A DNA stretch of 64,000 nt from Chrysomallon squamiferum (Eukaryota; Animalia; Mollusca), in assembly GCA_012295275.1 (NCBI GenBank), contig CM022666.1, positions 2,232,001 through 2,296,000 of the forward strand, written 5' to 3'. Under the pieces are notes generated by a model. The model worked only from the letters and a program-made list of their open reading frames with translations. It made no database searches and had not been told where the DNA came from. Shown here one piece after another: positions 40,863 to 56,113 of the stretch (its first letter is position 1; each line of letters begins with the position of its first letter). Both the position numbers and the translations under genes were made by a program.

Positions 40863-43032
40863 TTGTTATGTTTTGTAATTGCAGGATCGAGGACTAGATG
40901 CATCCATTTTCCAGAATCCTTTGAAACTGCATCTGACTGTTGGAACTTTGGTGCTACTTACAAACAGTGAAGTGCAGAAAGCAGCTGGGATTTTGCAGCA
41001 GTGTCAAGAAGATCTTGTTGAGTAAGTCAACAACAACAACAACAAATACAATGATAAATTAAACAATAATAAGAGTAGAAGTAATAGTAACAACAAACAA
41101 TAGTAGTATAATACTAATGATAATAGTGATAGTAGTAATAATAATGATTGTACTCAAAATACTAGCAGCAGTAGTAATAATAATAATAATAATAGTAGTA
41201 GTAATAATATTGATAGTAATGATAACAGTTTGCAATAATAACAAAAGGAATACTACAATATTATTAACAAAGATGATAATAACATTAATAATAATAAGTA
41301 ATACAAATAATAACAATGACAACAATAACAAATGTCAAAGGTGCTAAGGCCAGTTAACATGAACTTCATACATTTTTAAAGAATAAAGATCATTAGTATG
41401 ATTAATTATTTCTTTCTTTCTATTAGACCTATCTTGAAGGGAAAACCTCTGCTGTACAATATTAAAGGATTGGAGTATATGAACGATGACCCCAACACTG
41501 TTGATGTGTTGTATGCTAAAGTACAGAGTCCACAAGAAGATGACAGGTGTGCATTATTATTATTATTATAGTTAATATTATAACTATTATTTATCTTTTA
41601 TTATTATTATTTATTTTATTATTTTTCGTTTAAATTTTATCATTATTTAAATTTCATAAATGCAGTTAAAACAATTTCAGTTTTTTGTTGTTGTTTTATG
41701 AGTAGCAGACAGTTTATCTGGCATTAAAACAAAAAAATTACCAGAAAACTGGAAATAAGCACATATTAATTTTAAAATCCAGAAATTCAAGGTCAAATCC
41801 AGTTCCAGGTTTGCCAGATAAACCATCTGGTACCAGTATCAGCATATTCAGTGATGTGAAGGAATATACTTGTATATGTGTCAGACTGACATGGCCATAT
41901 TTGATTGAAAATAAATTTTTGTTGATCATCATCACTGTCATCATCATCATCACCATCAGTGTGCAGCAGTTACATCTCGTTGTTACAGTGAAAGCTTGAG
42001 CATGTTGTTACCACATCATCCTGTCTTGCACTATCCTAAGCCTGATGGTTTACTTCCAGTATTCATCTTTCTCATTACCTCCATTACTTCTCTGCTCTTT
42101 CTCCATAGCTGTTTTTACCTTTGAATGGTTTCCAAAACATTTTTTTTTTTTTTTTTTTTTTTTTTTCAAGGTTGCAGATCCTTTCTGATCAGCTTGTAGA
42201 GAAATTCACATCAGCAGGTTTAATGCAGAGACAGTACGACAGGGTTAAACTTCACATTACCGTGATGAATTCGCTCATGCGGAAAGACCCAACAGAAGTC
42301 GAACAATCTCGACCAGAACGGGAAAAGGTTCAGGCAAAGATAGAGAATCTTTTGATGCACTGAATATATTAAAAGTAAGTGAGATAAGTTTAAGTTAAAC
42401 ATTATTTTGCAATTAACAGTCAATAAAGTTCTGTCTTTCTTATAGATTTTGTGTAACAATTTGAGAATTAAAATAAAAAACAACACCCCAAAACCTAACA
42501 TTATTGGAACCACACCATGAGCCATTGTTTTTGTTAAACAGTAGCATGGGATTTTTTTATACATCACAGATGAATAAAAATTTGGCAGATGAATGCATAT
42601 AGGTATTTGAATAGGAAATAGCATACAGGGTCCATAAAATGGAGTCTAGATCCTGAACTCAAGCCATTATATTTTTTTACATGAGTAATCTAACCTCTGA
42701 GCCTTTGACCAGCTAATTAGATATTTGAAAAAAAAAAAAGGGAATTAATGATAATTATTCAGACAATTAATAAGACATCTCTGTTTTTTTTTGTTTTTTT
42801 TTTGTTCTTGGAATATATTATATAATATCGCTTTTACAAATTAGTGACATATTCTCTTTAAGTACTGTAAGTTTAATTTTTCGCAAACGTTAATATTGTT
42901 TTATTTATTTTTCAGAAATTTGGAAATTATGACTTTGGGGCATACCACATAAAAACATTACATCTATCACAAAGATATTCCACTGCTGTGGATGGATATT
43001 ATGCAAATGCAGGATTAATTCAGTTACCATGA
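38566..43032 (+). CDS. ASCC1: Activating signal cointegrator 1 complex subunit 1 (KH domain plus 2H phosphoesterase/AKAP7-like domain), ~357 aa
   Basis: Exons 38566-38671, 39293-39502, 40099-40277, 40885-41021, 41427-41546, 42171-42374, 42916-43032. N-terminus MDILKPSFIWIGNRCYRKNP; KH loop IIGKRGETKK; PFTHFLSFP; two HxT motifs (LHLTVG, LHITVMNS); GLEYMNDDP; C-terminus LHLSQRYS...GYY. One 1-nt deletion in exon 6. Confidence 0.95.
41925..42110 (-). mobile_element. Decayed 3'-terminal fragment of an RTE-like LINE with a (TGA)n tail, in ASCC1 intron 5
   Basis: Minus-strand translation DEYWK*TIRLRIVQDRMMW*QHAQAF/..RDVTAAH* resembles the RTE ORF C-terminal W..AQDR..W motif and is followed by TGATGATGA repeats. 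Recognised from memory, not searched. Confidence 0.55.
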
Positions 43033-43033
43033 C

Positions 43034-43039
43034 AATAAA
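43034..43039 (+). terminator. Candidate polyadenylation signal of ASCC1
   Basis: AATAAA (overlapping pair AATAAATAAA) 2 nt after the TGA. The AT-rich context makes this weak evidence. Confidence 0.35.
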
Positions 43040-43563
43040 TAAACAAGTTAATCGAATTGGATTGAAAAATTAAAATCTAATTCAATGTTATTGTCAAAAG
43101 GAAAACAATACCATTTACTGCTGCAACTTAAAAAAAAAAAAAAAAAAGTAAGATTATTTTCTTTTCATGTTTTGGGAGCATCCATTTGTTATTAATTTTA
43201 AAATTTAAGAGTATTTTAAAATTTAAAAATGAGTGTACATGTGTACAATTTTTTAAATATTAAAATATTATTTTTAAATATTAAAATGAATTAAAACAAA
43301 ATACACAAGATAACTTACATACCTAAAGCAATACATATAACGTCATGTTTGTTCTAGTCACAGAGTTAATTTCTGTTCTCTGTAGTATTTGGATTTCATT
43401 CAGAATCTTACTGGACCCAAACAAATAAAATATTAATAATCCCTTGATAATATAAAAAGAAAAAAAAAAAAAAAAAAATATATTTACCTTTAATATTTTT
43501 TTTATTTATCTAAATTACATTACAATAACATATACAGATTTTAATATTTTTTGTTTGTATGTA

Positions 43564-43598
<35 letters not shown>

Positions 43599-43690
43599 AC
43601 AACTGATGCTGAATATGATTTAAAAATTTAATTTTTAAAAAAGGACAGAAACCAGACAGTAAAGAAAAATTACAAAAAAAAGAAAAAAAA

Positions 43691-43723
<33 letters not shown>

Positions 43724-44662
43724 TAAAAATTATGAATTGAAAAATACCTAATGAAGATGAGTCTGTTAACATAGTGTGTTAAAATATAACAATATTACAT
43801 AATAGATAATAGAGATAAACATGACACCTTCATTAATATATAAACATGTTGCTAAGTGAAGGAAAATAAGATATTTTATCTATAAGTCTGGAATGGTGAC
43901 AAACAACAACAATAATAAAAATCCAGATAATTTTCTATGCAGAAGAATATAAATAATTTATTCTGTGAATTGAAATAAATGTGTGGTTATGATTTTTCTC
44001 ATGATTTCAGTTCTTAATGCAATCTGTGTTAATGGAGTGAAAGTCAGTGTAAGAATCTATGTTAACATATGATCACTTTTTGAAAATCGCTATCAAATTA
44101 CATCCAGTATTATTTTGAAACAAAAGTAGTGAAGATAAATGTAACTGTCAGTGTTGATCCAAAGGTCACTGCATTAATTTTATTCTTCACATTAACCAAT
44201 TTATGTTTTATATCTGGTTTAATTTAGTACACGTGAAACAAAGGTCACTCAGTAAATCTGTCAAAATAAACTCAGTTTATATTAAGCAGAGTGAAATCTC
44301 TAAATGATATTTAAACAGATGCTATTTTATTCAGTTCATATATATACATATTACAGATTAGTTTAAACAGACAAGGGAGATGGTCCAGGGAATTAAATAT
44401 AATTAAATATACATGCCATAAATCAGTCTTTCCCATTCAAGTGCAATTAAAAAGCTGCAGGAAAAATATTTCTTATTTTTCATCCAGTTTGTAATTTAGT
44501 ACAAAAATGAAAATGCCTGGAAGTCAAAGGAAGAAAGTGTTTGTCCAGAGTGGTTTATGTTGAGCAACGTGAAATCAGCGAATGACATTTAAACAGGTTC
44601 TAGTTTATTCAATTCACACACACGCACACACATGTGTGTTTGTGTAGGTATGTATGTATATA

Positions 44663-44693
<31 letters not shown>

Positions 44694-45345
44694 CTGTTTG
44701 CATCCACTATTAATACATCATATACCTATAATTGTCATCTGCTCTTTAATTTAAACAATTCTTATCAATGTTACCTTAAAATGATGATTATTTCTTAACA
44801 AATTTGATCTCTCCATTATAAATATCATTGAGTTGATCCAAAAAGCACTTATCTTTTAAAAGATACATTTGATTTATCAATTTATTGACAACCCAACTGA
44901 TTTTTTAAATTATTATTCACTACACTTATTCACTTATTGTCTGTTCTTGGTCTAGAAGATCTCAGAAAGAAATTAAACAAATCTTTTGACTTTAATATGA
45001 AGTCCTTTCTGACTAATTTTCTTTTTCTTTTCTTCTCCTCACCTGAATTTCCTTGTGAATAAAATGACTTTAAACTTCATATGAAGACCAGTTCCAATTC
45101 TTACTTCATCAATTTCTTTTTTTCTCATTTTTTTTTTTTTTCTTCTCAACAATTAAATTTCTTCTGGATAAAATTAATAAGAACAGTCCAATTTTTTTTA
45201 AAAAATAATTTTTTTTTTTTCTTTTTTGGTTCATTCATCATGGAGTTTCGAACAAACAGAATTGCGACGTCTTACAACTCAAATCGTTTAAACAATGCAT
45301 CTAGATTCAAGCTCTTTTATCTGAGGTGACGCAGTGAACAGTATA

Positions 45346-48300
45346 TTAATTGACAGTGTTCTGCTGCTGCAGTAGTTGCAGTTTGTCTGGGTTTACTGTC
45401 GTGGATTTGGTGCAGTTGTCTGTCTTATAAATTCCGACGAGGCGATCAGCTAACTCAAACATGTTATTTCTCAGTGAGATTATGATAAACTGAGCGTTTT
45501 TAGTGCGTTCCTGAAAAAGAAGAGTAATTTTTAATTTATGTTTTTCAATGTTAACTGATTTGTTGCTTACAAAATATTATTAATATAATGAATATTTAAT
45601 ATTTATTATAATTGTATTAAAATATATCAAGTCTACTTTAATTGAAAGTATGTTGCCATTTCAATTTCCAGTCATTTTGGTTAAGCAGTTTATAAAAAAC
45701 AATAACAGCCTTTTTAAATATTACTGAAACAAGTCAATGGCTTAGAAATCTACAACAAAATAGTATTTATATAATAATTTATTAATAATCTACAGTAAAA
45801 AAAACAAAAAGATGAAATATGTTTTTTTATTGTTTCTTCTGAATATTTGGTAAACCAGAACAAGAATAATTAAAATAATACTAACAACTTAACTGAAACA
45901 TATTTTGAAGCTTATCTAGACATCTAGACAAAAACCGGGGAAATATAAAAAAAAATCTTTTTAAATAACCTCATCCACATTATTAAAATAATAAAAAAAT
46001 AATATAAAAAATAATTAGATAACAATAATAATAATAAATTTAAAATTTTTAGTTCTACCTTGATGTAGTTTGCGACAATGGAGACGTTTTTGAAATCGAG
46101 AGCAGCATCTATTTCGTCCATGACGTAGAGCGGTGTGGGTTTGTAATGATGCAAAGCGAACACGAGTGCGAGAGAACTCAGCGTTTTCTCACCCCCTGAC
46201 AGATTAGAAATGTTCTTCCACGATTTCTTGGGTGGTCGAACACTGAGAGAAAAAAAAAAAAAAAATTAAAAATTAAATAATAAATAAAAAAAATAAGCTA
46301 AAAAAAAAAATAAAAAAAAAAAAAAAAATATTAAAAAAAAAAATTAAAAATAAATAAAATTAGTAAAAAATAAGTAAAAAAAACAAAATTATAAAAATAA
46401 AAATAAATCGGGTTCTTTGTCAGGTGTGTTATTGTTATGTTTCTGATTATAACCGTATCGTCTTCACATGTGTAAAGTTTGTTCTGCAGTAAAAACATGC
46501 AGCAAATGGACTCAGAATTAGAGAACAATTTAAAAATTGCAGTCTTACAGTCGTATCACAGTAATGTTTTAAGTACCTAATGTGTGAAGTATAATAATTA
46601 TTTGAATTAAAAAACAAAAAAAATTAAATTATCATATGTATTGATCTATCAATCTAATTATAATATCAAAGAACAGACTAATTAGTCCTAGATCAATAAA
46701 ATAAAAAAAATAAAAGAAGAATAGTAATAATTAATGACATTAGGAAACTGGAAAAAGACCAACCACATTTCCAGGCTTTGTCAGATATATTTTAGCAAAA
46801 CTTTTAATAGATTTGAGATATATATATATATCAAAAAATTGAACTTTGAATTTTTTGAGTCAAGTCACACATTTCATTTTTTAAAGTAGGCTACATTGAA
46901 CACAAATCAGTCTCTACTAAACATATTGCTTACTACAATATTAATAAATATTTTTATTATTAGACCTTTAAACCATCAAAGAAATGACAAGGCAAGTAAA
47001 CGCGAAAGCTAAAAAAAAAAATGGCTGCACCTGAACACAATGCCCTCTGAGAAAGGATCCAAGGAATCGACAAGTTCGAGCTCAGCATCTCCTCCTAGTG
47101 TAATCATCTGATACATCTCCTTCAGCTTGTTTGTAATCATGCTGAAGCCAGTAATGAACTCCTCCAGTCTCTGTTTCCTCAGACTTTCGTAATACTTCCT
47201 CTGCTGATCTCTGACATTAGTGATCTCATCCAGTTCGTCCACTCGCTTCAGGTAAAGTTCTTCCTATAAGGCAGAGACAATTGTTTTCTTTTTATTATTA
47301 TTTTTTTTAATCTTTCTTATTTATTAAAGAACTTGATTCCCAAAAAGAAAGAAAGAAAGAAAAAAACAACCAAGAATGATGCTAGTAATAACAGTAACGA
47401 AAAGAAATAAAATAATAAAAACAAAAACAATAATAATTTATATTAAAAAAAATACCATTTTGTAAAGTTTTATTATCAGAATATTTATATATACACACAA
47501 AAGTTAATTAATTTATTAATTGAACCAAAAATTACAAAGCATTTTGAATATTAGAAACTTCTCAGTTTTAGTGGCTTAATATTAATTTTGTCTTTAATTC
47601 AAAGGTGACAACATTTATTATTATTATTATTTTTTTTTTTTTAAGAAAATCTGTTTTATTAAAATATTATCGAAAGACTTTCAACTATGGAGGCCATTTT
47701 GGTTGTTTGAACTTTTATATTAACATCAGTGTTCATTTTAGCTAATTTGTCTGCACTGTGTCAAACAGCAATTTAAGTAGCAACAAATTCTTATGAAAAC
47801 ATTCCCAAAAAATTCCTGAATAATAAAAAGGAATTTTCACAGGCAAAAAAATAAAAAAAAAAAAAATAATTAAATAAAAAAAATAAATAATTAAAAAAAA
47901 ATAAAATAAATAAATAAAAAAAAATAAATAATAATAATAAAAAAATAATAAATAAATAAAATAAAATATAAAAAAAAAAAACACGAAAATTAAAAAAATA
48001 ATAATAAATCACTTTTTTCCTGTATTCTCCAATAGCTGCCATATTTGGCTTCATTTCTGCCAGTCGTTCCTCTAAAACTGTGATTTCGTACTGTACATCT
48101 GCTTTGTTGATACTTTCTAAATCTTTTTCAGACAACACAACAAGTTTAGGTGTCTCCTCATTGTTAATACTGTGCATTTTCAAATTATTCAGCTGAAAAG
48201 GAAATTTAACTTGTTATTGGGCATAGATTCTAAAAACATTTGCCTGATGTTTTTATAAATGATAATAAAAAAATCATTGTTAATGTTCTACACATTATTA

Positions 48301-51300
48301 TACAAAAACTTGAAAAGAATCTGAGAAAACATATATTTGGGTTCACCTTTATCCTTAACACTGCATTTTCAAATTAGTGAGCTATAAGGAAAACATTCTT
48401 AAAATTCTGATGAATGTCTGAAATTCGTATTTCCTCTTACAACTTTTAAAAGTTAAAATAAATTAAATATGTAATTGGACAGAAATGAAAAATTAAGTTT
48501 TAAACTGTTAGTCTTTCTATGAAATAAATAAATTTTGGTCAATCAGGATTGGGGGAAAAAAAAAAAAGAAGATAAAATTCTATCAAACAAAATCAACAAT
48601 CTCTATGAGGGACTTTTGGTTAGCAAATTGTGAACCTAATCTAAAAAAAAGCTAAAAATTCATCATCTTGCCTCTCTTTTCCAATATTCAACTTTTTCTT
48701 GGTTCTTTTTACCAAGTTTTCAAATCGCTCCACCTCGTGTCTGACATCAATAGTTTCCTTCTGTAATTTATTTTCCTCATCTTCAAGTTTCTGTAGCTCC
48801 TTTTTTATACCATTTAGAGATTCCTCAATAATTTTTATATCGTCCTGCATATCCAAGCAAATTAAAATATCAAATACAAATATATATAAATACATGCATA
48901 TATATATTTTAAAAAAATGAAGGTATTAAAGAAAATCTTGCAAGAAATACTATTATTATTATTATTAGTTATTATATAAAATAAATAAATGTAAATATAT
49001 TTTTAATTCCAAGGTAATAAAATATTGCCAAAGATAATGTCACTTTGTTGTAGTTATTTGAAATAACAATTCTTTGTTTATAACTTCAGATTAAGAGTAA
49101 TCTATATTCAGATCAAGTTCCGTATTTTATAATTGTTTGGTAAATCTTAATATTTATTAAAATTATATCATTAAAAGCCACCATTAAAGATGATCAAAGG
49201 AAAAACACTTTATTTGTTACCTGTAATTTCTGATAGGCTTCCAACACCTGAGTTGCATCATCTTCCAGTAACTTGAGCTGTGCATTCAGTTCCGTCATCT
49301 TCTGATTACTTTCAACAATCTCTTCTTCAACAGATGCTACTTTGTCTTCCACTTTCTTTAAATTCCTGCAAAACAGTATATATATATATATATATAAATA
49401 TAATTTTTTTAAAGCAGTATGTTCAGTTGAAATAGTAAAACAAAAGAAAAAGCTGTAAGAAATATCGACTGCATATCACGGAGAAAAATATTTGTTGTAT
49501 TGCTTGTGACAAGTTCATATAGAATTGAAATTTAAGTTTGAAAAAAAATAATAAACTGTTAGAAAAGAGATGGATAACTTTTATTAGAGTATGCATTGAA
49601 ACTGACAATAATGAAATTGGATTACACTTGCACAATGGAAAGAAAACTCAAAATATTTATTAATTGTAAGACAAAATGCATTAGAAACTATGTACAGATA
49701 CTGCTAATATTCTTATAAATTAGTTTTTTTTTTTTATTAATGCAACGAGAAGAAAAGCTTAAGAAAAAAAAGTTTATGTACAAAATACAAATGTCTGAAA
49801 TGACAAAATGAAAACATTTAATAAATTAAAACACTAAAAAAAAAAAATAATAATAATGTTGATATTATTAATAACAATAACAACAATTCAAAAACTGATT
49901 TAAAAAAAAAAAAACTCTCATAAGAAGTATCACAAACCTTTCTGCTGTTTTAACAGCAACATTTGCTTTAGTTATCTGCCCTGTCACTTCGTCAATGTTG
50001 TTTGATATAGCGTCTACTCGCGACTGTACTGCTTGCAGCTTTGAACCTCCAATATCCATGATTTGTTTGTGCAGACTGATAAATAAAAAATATATATATA
50101 TATATATTTAATGAAATAAAAAGAAAAAAATAAATAAATAAATAAAATAATAAGATATATATAAATAATAATAAAAAAAAAATTAATTAAATTAAAATTA
50201 ATAAAAAAATAATTAAAAAATTGAAAAAACTAGCATGAAAAAATAATAAAAATATTTATAAAATAAAATAAAAATACAAAATAAAACAAAGTAAAATAAA
50301 TTAATATAAAAATAAATGAACAAAATATAAAACAAAATATAATAATAATAAAAAATAATAATAAATATAATAATAATAATAATAATAATTAAATGCACTG
50401 TTTCTTATTAACAATTCAATTAGTACTTAATAAGTTGAAAAATCTTTTTGTTTTATATCCTTTCTTTGATAACCATTTATGTACAAATGAATCAGATGTT
50501 ATTAAACAAACATTTATTAGAAATTAAGAATATTCTAAATCAACAAAAGCACAGTATCACAGAATGGAGAAAAAAAAATGGTTACCTTTGAACTTCATCT
50601 TCAATTTTTGAAGCCACATTTGCAATTTTGTCATAATCTGAAATTGTACAAGCAATTTATAAACCATACAATTCCAAATAAATATTATATTAAAATATTT
50701 TATGTTTAGCAGGAAAAAATAATAAAATAAAATCATAAAAAAAAAAATTAGTCAGCTTTTGGGCATCATCTTGTGGTCATAATAAAGAAATGAGAAATTT
50801 TAAAAAGAAATCAGTCTAAAGGGCTGTTAAAGGACTGATTTTGTAATATTTATATAAAACAAATACCTGAGAAATAATAAAAAAATAAATCAGTGTAAAT
50901 GACAGGCTTTTATAATATTTTAAACAACATTACACAAACATAAAATACAAAAAAATCTCAAAGAAAGTATTTTAAAAATGTTTGTTAAAATTTATAACAA
51001 AATGGCCATGGACAGTTAATTAAATTAGATATGTATTCTATGAACCTGCTTTGTATTCTGCGACTTTCTTCTCCAGCTCTTTCAAGTGTTTCTTGTCTGG
51101 TGCTGCTGCTTTCACTCTCTCCTCCTGTTCAGCCAACTGAACCTTCAGTGCAGACACCTGCTCTGTCATTGCCTAGATTGGGGGAAAAAGGTATCTTTGA
51201 AGTAATAGCCATCTGTATGAAAAGCCAGACTCTCTTATTTATTAATAATCTAAATCCAAATTGAATTCTGTATCTTTATATACTTTTTTTATTTTTTAAA

Positions 51301-54300
51301 TATTTGAATTAAATTAAGATATTTGTAATGTATTACTGAAAAGTAATATCCAGACTTTCATTCTAAATGTTTTAATAAATTCCTGTTTAAACACAAAAAA
51401 AGCCACTTATGTATAAATTAATAATTAAAAAAATATATAAACTAAACTAATAACAAAATAAATACCACCACTGTTTACACCTTCTGGCTCCATTTTTCAT
51501 TATGTAAATACTGATCAATATTTTTAAAAAGTAAAGATTACCTTTATCTCCATTTTGTATTTCTCCTGAGTGTGTTTCATCTGTGTGAAGGCTTTTTCAT
51601 TTTGACCAATCATGTCTTCCAGTTTCTCTTTATTCGACCGGCACTGCTGGGTTTCCATGGTTACCTGAACAAACACATTATTTCAGAAAAATTCAAAGCA
51701 TAGATTGATGTTAATATAGAGATGTCAGGAGTTCTATCAGCAGTTTCGTAACTTGATTTGACGCTTTGCTTTTTTATTTTGACCACATTCTCTCCCAAGA
51801 TTTAAATAAAATGAAAAAATAAATAAGAAATAAATAATAAAATAATAATAATAATAATAAAATAAAATATAAATTCTGTAACAAATTAAGAAAATATAAA
51901 AAAATACACATTAAACAGCTTATTATCAGTAATTAGGTTCACTATTTTTATAATGTTTAATTTCATATTACTATCATCATGTGTATTTAAATTATTATTA
52001 TAATTATTTTAACATATTAACAGTTGGTCCTAATTTAATTCTCAACTACCAATTTCATGGCAATCCACGCAAAATGTCCTCTACCATAATTTTGGTTTTT
52101 ATATAAACAACTAAGCTTACTTTTTCCAGTTTATTCTCCATGTTGGCAAGCTCCTTTGGATCGACAGCATCACTGGATAATGAGGAACCCATCTTGCCCC
52201 TACACAAGGAGGTACCTCCTCCACTCATTGTACCTGAATAGATAAACAAGAAACACTTCAACATTATTTTATACTTTATTCTGTCAAGGATACAGTTTTT
52301 AAATTTATTCCATGAGAAATATAATTTATGTTTTTAATTAATAGGAACAGATTTTTTAATATTACTGTTTCTAAGCATAAATTATTTTGCTAGTTATTTT
52401 TACTGATAATTTTTAGTAATAAATAGGTAATAATTTCCTTGTGTAAAATATTTTAGAAATCATTACATCATCTCATTCTTAGGTGTTCTTTATTGTTTTT
52501 ATTTTATTGAATTATTAATAATATTATTATTACTTCGTTATTTTTATTTTATTTTATAGTAATACATTTCATAACTAAGCTGGATCTAATCTTAGACAAT
52601 TTAAATTATTCATCACATATTCCACATTATATAGTTTTAAAATCTAAAACGAATATTGAAGATTAGTAAATTACCCATCGTTCATGTTATAAAGAAAAAA
52701 ACTTCAGTTATCTAAGTACATCAACCAGGTATTATAATGTCCATTTTAAATTAATTTTTTAATATAATTAACCCCAATATCAATATAATGACATACTTTT
52801 TTCACACCTTTTAGCTGTTGAATATTTTTTTATAAATTTTACTGGGATATTATTTTTTGCCCTAATAACTCATTTACTATTTTGTTCCAAGAGAAGGTTG
52901 ACACCTTTCTAACATTCATTCATTCACCTGACTGGTCAATCAACTGTCCTTTCAGAGTGACCACTCTGTATCGAGTCTTGCCGTAGGCAATCCTTGTGGC
53001 CTGGTCCAAGTCATTAGCAACAAGAGTGTCCCGAAGAGCAAAATAGAACGCAGGCAGAATGGAAGAATCTTTTACTTTCACCAAATCAAAGAGTCGTGGA
53101 ATTGATTCTGGTCTGAAAATATAATAAATCATCTTCATCATCATCATTATCATTATCATCATGATGCAAATGTCAGTAAGAATTTACTAATCTCAATATC
53201 AACAACAAAGGCAGCTCTTCCTAAAAATCTCTAATACTAACTGCCTGAATACTGAGGGTTGAAAATTAAAATAATTATTTTATTTTCACTGTAGACAAAG
53301 GGAATATCAATAGTATATTTGTAAATAAAAATCTCTTCTTAACAACTAAAGGAGAACCAAAAAAAAATTAAAAATTAAAGGTGTATGGCAGTAATGCTAA
53401 AATAGAAGTAAACAAAATAATAAATACTGTAAAAACCAAAATATTAAAAAATATATATATATAACGTTTATATATATAATAAACAACAACGATAAAAATG
53501 ACAATAATAATAATAATAACAATAATAATAAATAATAAACACTAATTTTTAAACATAAACATTTTTTAAATTTAAACTCTTTCTATCAAACATTTGTTGC
53601 AGTCTTACGTATCAATTTTTCTTCTGGTGTGTTCAATCCATTTCGACATTTTCTCAAGTCCAATAAACGTTGCTACCCCAACGTTGTTTTTCTTCAGGAA
53701 CTCCACACACTTCTGAGCAGTGTTGATGCTGTCCACAACGATGTGGTCCAGTGCTCCACACACTGTTGATATGGCAACATCATACTTCTCATCTATAGCT
53801 CCAAGATCTCCCTGAAAACATTATCATCACCAGTAACATTAGAAGTAAAATTTTATAATACAGTTTACTCTTGAATTAGGATTAACACTGATATTATTAT
53901 TATTATTATTCTAACGAGGACTTGAGGTAAAGAACATAAAAATAATTATTACAGATACACCATCTATTTTCTGAAACCTTTGGTTCCAAAGCCTTTAGAG
54001 ATTATCATTTTTCCCAGAACCAAAAGAGGACACACAATAGCAACAGAATACATATCATACATGACTCTACAGATGCATGCACTTGCTAGAAACTTAAAGA
54101 AATGTTAAGTGTAAATAAAATCTGATTATTAAATTTAAACATCTTATATGTATATTAAATGAAATTAAAAAGTCTATTTTAATTTAATCCAGAATAAAAG
54201 AGAATCTGGAACATGAATTGTATACAAAATATTTAATGTTAAAGTTATTATGTGTCATATGTAATTTTAGTAAAGTGAAACCTGATGGTTGTAAATTGTA

Positions 54301-56022
54301 ATTAATCTGATTAATTAGTGTCCAGAGATCCTAAAATTAAATAGTCATCTTTCCTCAATCAAAATGCACAGCAAAGGTTTTCATATAAAATGTTTGGGTC
54401 CCTTGGCTGGATTAGGAAAATCAAAAATGGATTAAATCTTTATTTTTATTTACTTTTTTTTTTAATGTAAAAATTGTAACTATAGTAGAGGTATCATTCA
54501 AACAGCAATAAATAATGTATTTTCATTTTACACCTTTTTTGAAAAGGCATTTTATTTTGGTTTTATTTTTTCACTTACCAGTCTTCCATATATTCCTGGA
54601 ATCTTTCCTTGTTTTTTCTGATCCATGAGTGCTTCCAAGACTCGACCCTGCTTCCTGGAGTTCTGCAGAGAACTTCTCATTTCTTCAACTTTCTGCCTCA
54701 GTATTCTCATCTTTAAAAAAAAAAAAAATAATAATAATAATAATTACCAAACTCAGTTTTGTAACCACAGTTAAAACAGTTCTATATTTCAAACTAAAAA
54801 TCAAAATTTTATTTCAAAACTGAAATATATTTTGGCAAAGATGGCAAAATAATACTGTTTAAAATGTACATCTAGTGATGTCAACAAATATATTTTATCT
54901 ATTTCTTGATACATATTGCAGCCAATCCTTGCTATTAAGATGAAACAATTATAACAAACAAAAAGGCTAGGACACATTGACAAAATTGTCATGCTAACCA
55001 ATGTACCAAGATGTTGTTATTTTATTTTTATGGGTTTTTATCTATGCATACAAACATGAAATAAAAACGAATGGCAGTATGTGTCCTGTAAGATTTTGGA
55101 AGATATGACAAAAAAAATCAACAGATTAACTATACTTGTTTCTGGTTAAAACTGAATCGTCTCTTAATCTGCTGGATTATCACAAAAACTCACCTGTTCA
55201 GCTGCTTTGCCTTCTGCTTCAGCAGCAGTTTGAATATCTTTTTTAGAATTTGTGACCAGCTTCTCCACTTCAGGTAACTTTTTGTTCAGATCTTCTAATT
55301 CCCTAGATGTAGACATTGGAGAAAACAGCAAAAACATCTTAAATGACAGTTTCTAATTCTAACAACTGTAACTGGTTATTGACATATACCAGTTGGTGCA
55401 ATTTGAGATCATTTAAATGGCTTTAATATCCTTTGATTTTTTCCTTCATAAACAACAACAACAACAACAAAAAAAATCGAAAACAGAAAATAGAAAGTAA
55501 TGTAGTAATCAATATATTAAAAACTTTTCAGTGCAGGAAGAACAAATCTAAATATATAGAAACAATATTGTAATATCTGAACAGAGGATATAATAATAAT
55601 AATAATAAAAATAATAGTAAAACTCAGGGCAGAGTGGTTTAAAAGTTTTGTTAAAAAATAAAAACAGCTTCAACCTCACTGCAATAACAACAGTAAACTT
55701 TTAACAAGGACTAACTTTTTTCTGTTTTTTATATTTTCTTCAGTCTTGGTCAAGTTTCTTTGTGTCTCTTGAAGTTTGCTCATTTCACTATGTTGATTAC
55801 TCAGGTAAATGTCCAATTCAGACTGTGCCACTTGAAGCTTGAGAAAAAAAAAATAATAATAATAATAATAAATAAATAAAGATTATATATATAAAAAATA
55901 ATAATAGCTTGTAAAAAAAACATAATAAAAATTATAAAAAAATAAAAATTAAATTAAAAAATTAACAAAATTAAATAAAATAAAATAAATTAAAATTATA
56001 ATACAAATAAATAAATAAACTA

Positions 56023-56113
<91 letters not shown>

